Shown here piece after piece: positions 63,424-64,000 of a stretch of DNA of 64,000 nucleotides. The DNA is from Mobula hypostoma (taxonomy: Eukaryota), in contig NC_086108.1 in NCBI RefSeq assembly GCF_963921235.1, positions 40,426,001-40,490,000 on the forward strand, read 5' to 3'. Made by a program: the position numbers and the translations under genes. The notes beneath the pieces were generated by a model. The model saw nothing but the letters and a program-made list of their open reading frames with translations, ran no database searches and was not told the origin of the DNA. The stretch's first letter is position 1. Every line of letters starts with the position of its first letter.

Positions 63424-64000
63424 TGTTAGAGTGGATTTCTTTTGGGTAGATGATTTGTTTACACTTAAGTGACTTTGGCCACCAGACTTCTATTTTAACT
63501 AGGAAGAGGTGCAGTCGACATTTTTGGATCTCCCCCTCCCCCTCCCACTTTCAAATCCCTTACTCACTCTTCCTTCAGTTAGTCCTGACGAAGGGTCTCA
63601 GCCTGAAACGTTGACTGCACCTCTTCCTAGAGATGCTGCCTGGCCTGCTGCGTTCACCAGCAACTTTGATGTGTGTTGCTTGAATTTCCAGCATCTGCAG
63701 AATTCCTGTTGTTTTTTTTCTATTTTAACTGTTTGACAAAGGACTGTGGATTGAGTCCACCACAATGGGCTTCCTAAAAGGTGTGAATACCACATACTTC
63801 TGGTAGTTTGATCTGATGCTGTAGTTTCAAAGGCAGTATCACCTATACATTATAAATATTAATTGTCTTCTATGTTAGCACGGGAAATGCCAAATAAATG
63901 TAACGTAGACTTAACTTACATTCCTAAAGACTGTGGATACCAACCCAGACATGCTGGCTTCAGGAGGAAAGGATGGTGTGATTTTGTATGTAGCTTCAAT
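63424..64000 (+). repeat. 3' LTR (partial), interrupted by a Penelope terminal repeat
   Basis: Matches 59729-~60075 apart from the insertion. Confidence 0.92.
63501..63717 (+). mobile_element. Penelope terminal-repeat insertion with hammerhead motif (63581-63616) and 13-bp TSD
   Basis: ttctattttaact at 63488-63500 and 63718-63730; empty site in the 5' LTR; AGTC-CTGACGA-AGGGTCTCAGCCT-GAAA-CGTT-GACT. Confidence 0.88.

Larger units (their letters stand above)
59729..64000 (+). mobile_element. Non-autonomous LTR retroelement/ERV with two LTRs (3' LTR runs off the window)
   Basis: 5' LTR TGTTAG...ACAACA (59729-60286) is repeated from 63424; PBS, gag-integrase ORF and PPT lie between. Confidence 0.92.

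Overview
Repeat-rich vertebrate genomic DNA. The repeat landscape (CR1, Rex1/Babar, HE1-type V-SINE, abundant Penelope terminal repeats) suggests a cartilaginous fish, probably a ray; this is inference. Bases ~2.5-22.7 kb on the + strand hold the last 11 coding exons of PTPRC (CD45): the C-terminal half of PTP domain D1, all of D2 with the CD45-specific acidic insert, and the tail, all with GT-AG boundaries. The rest is intergenic and full of transposons. It includes a nested LTR/hAT/Gypsy cluster (26.5-37.5 kb), Tc1 copies, and a near-intact Penelope-like element (RT + GIY-YIG) whose terminal repeats carry minimal hammerhead ribozyme motifs. At the right end is an unusual LTR element with a tRNA-Leu PBS, an in-frame TM-Gag-integrase ORF lacking RT/RNase H, and a decayed retropepsin-like segment downstream of integrase. 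All calls were made by eye; no database searches were run.
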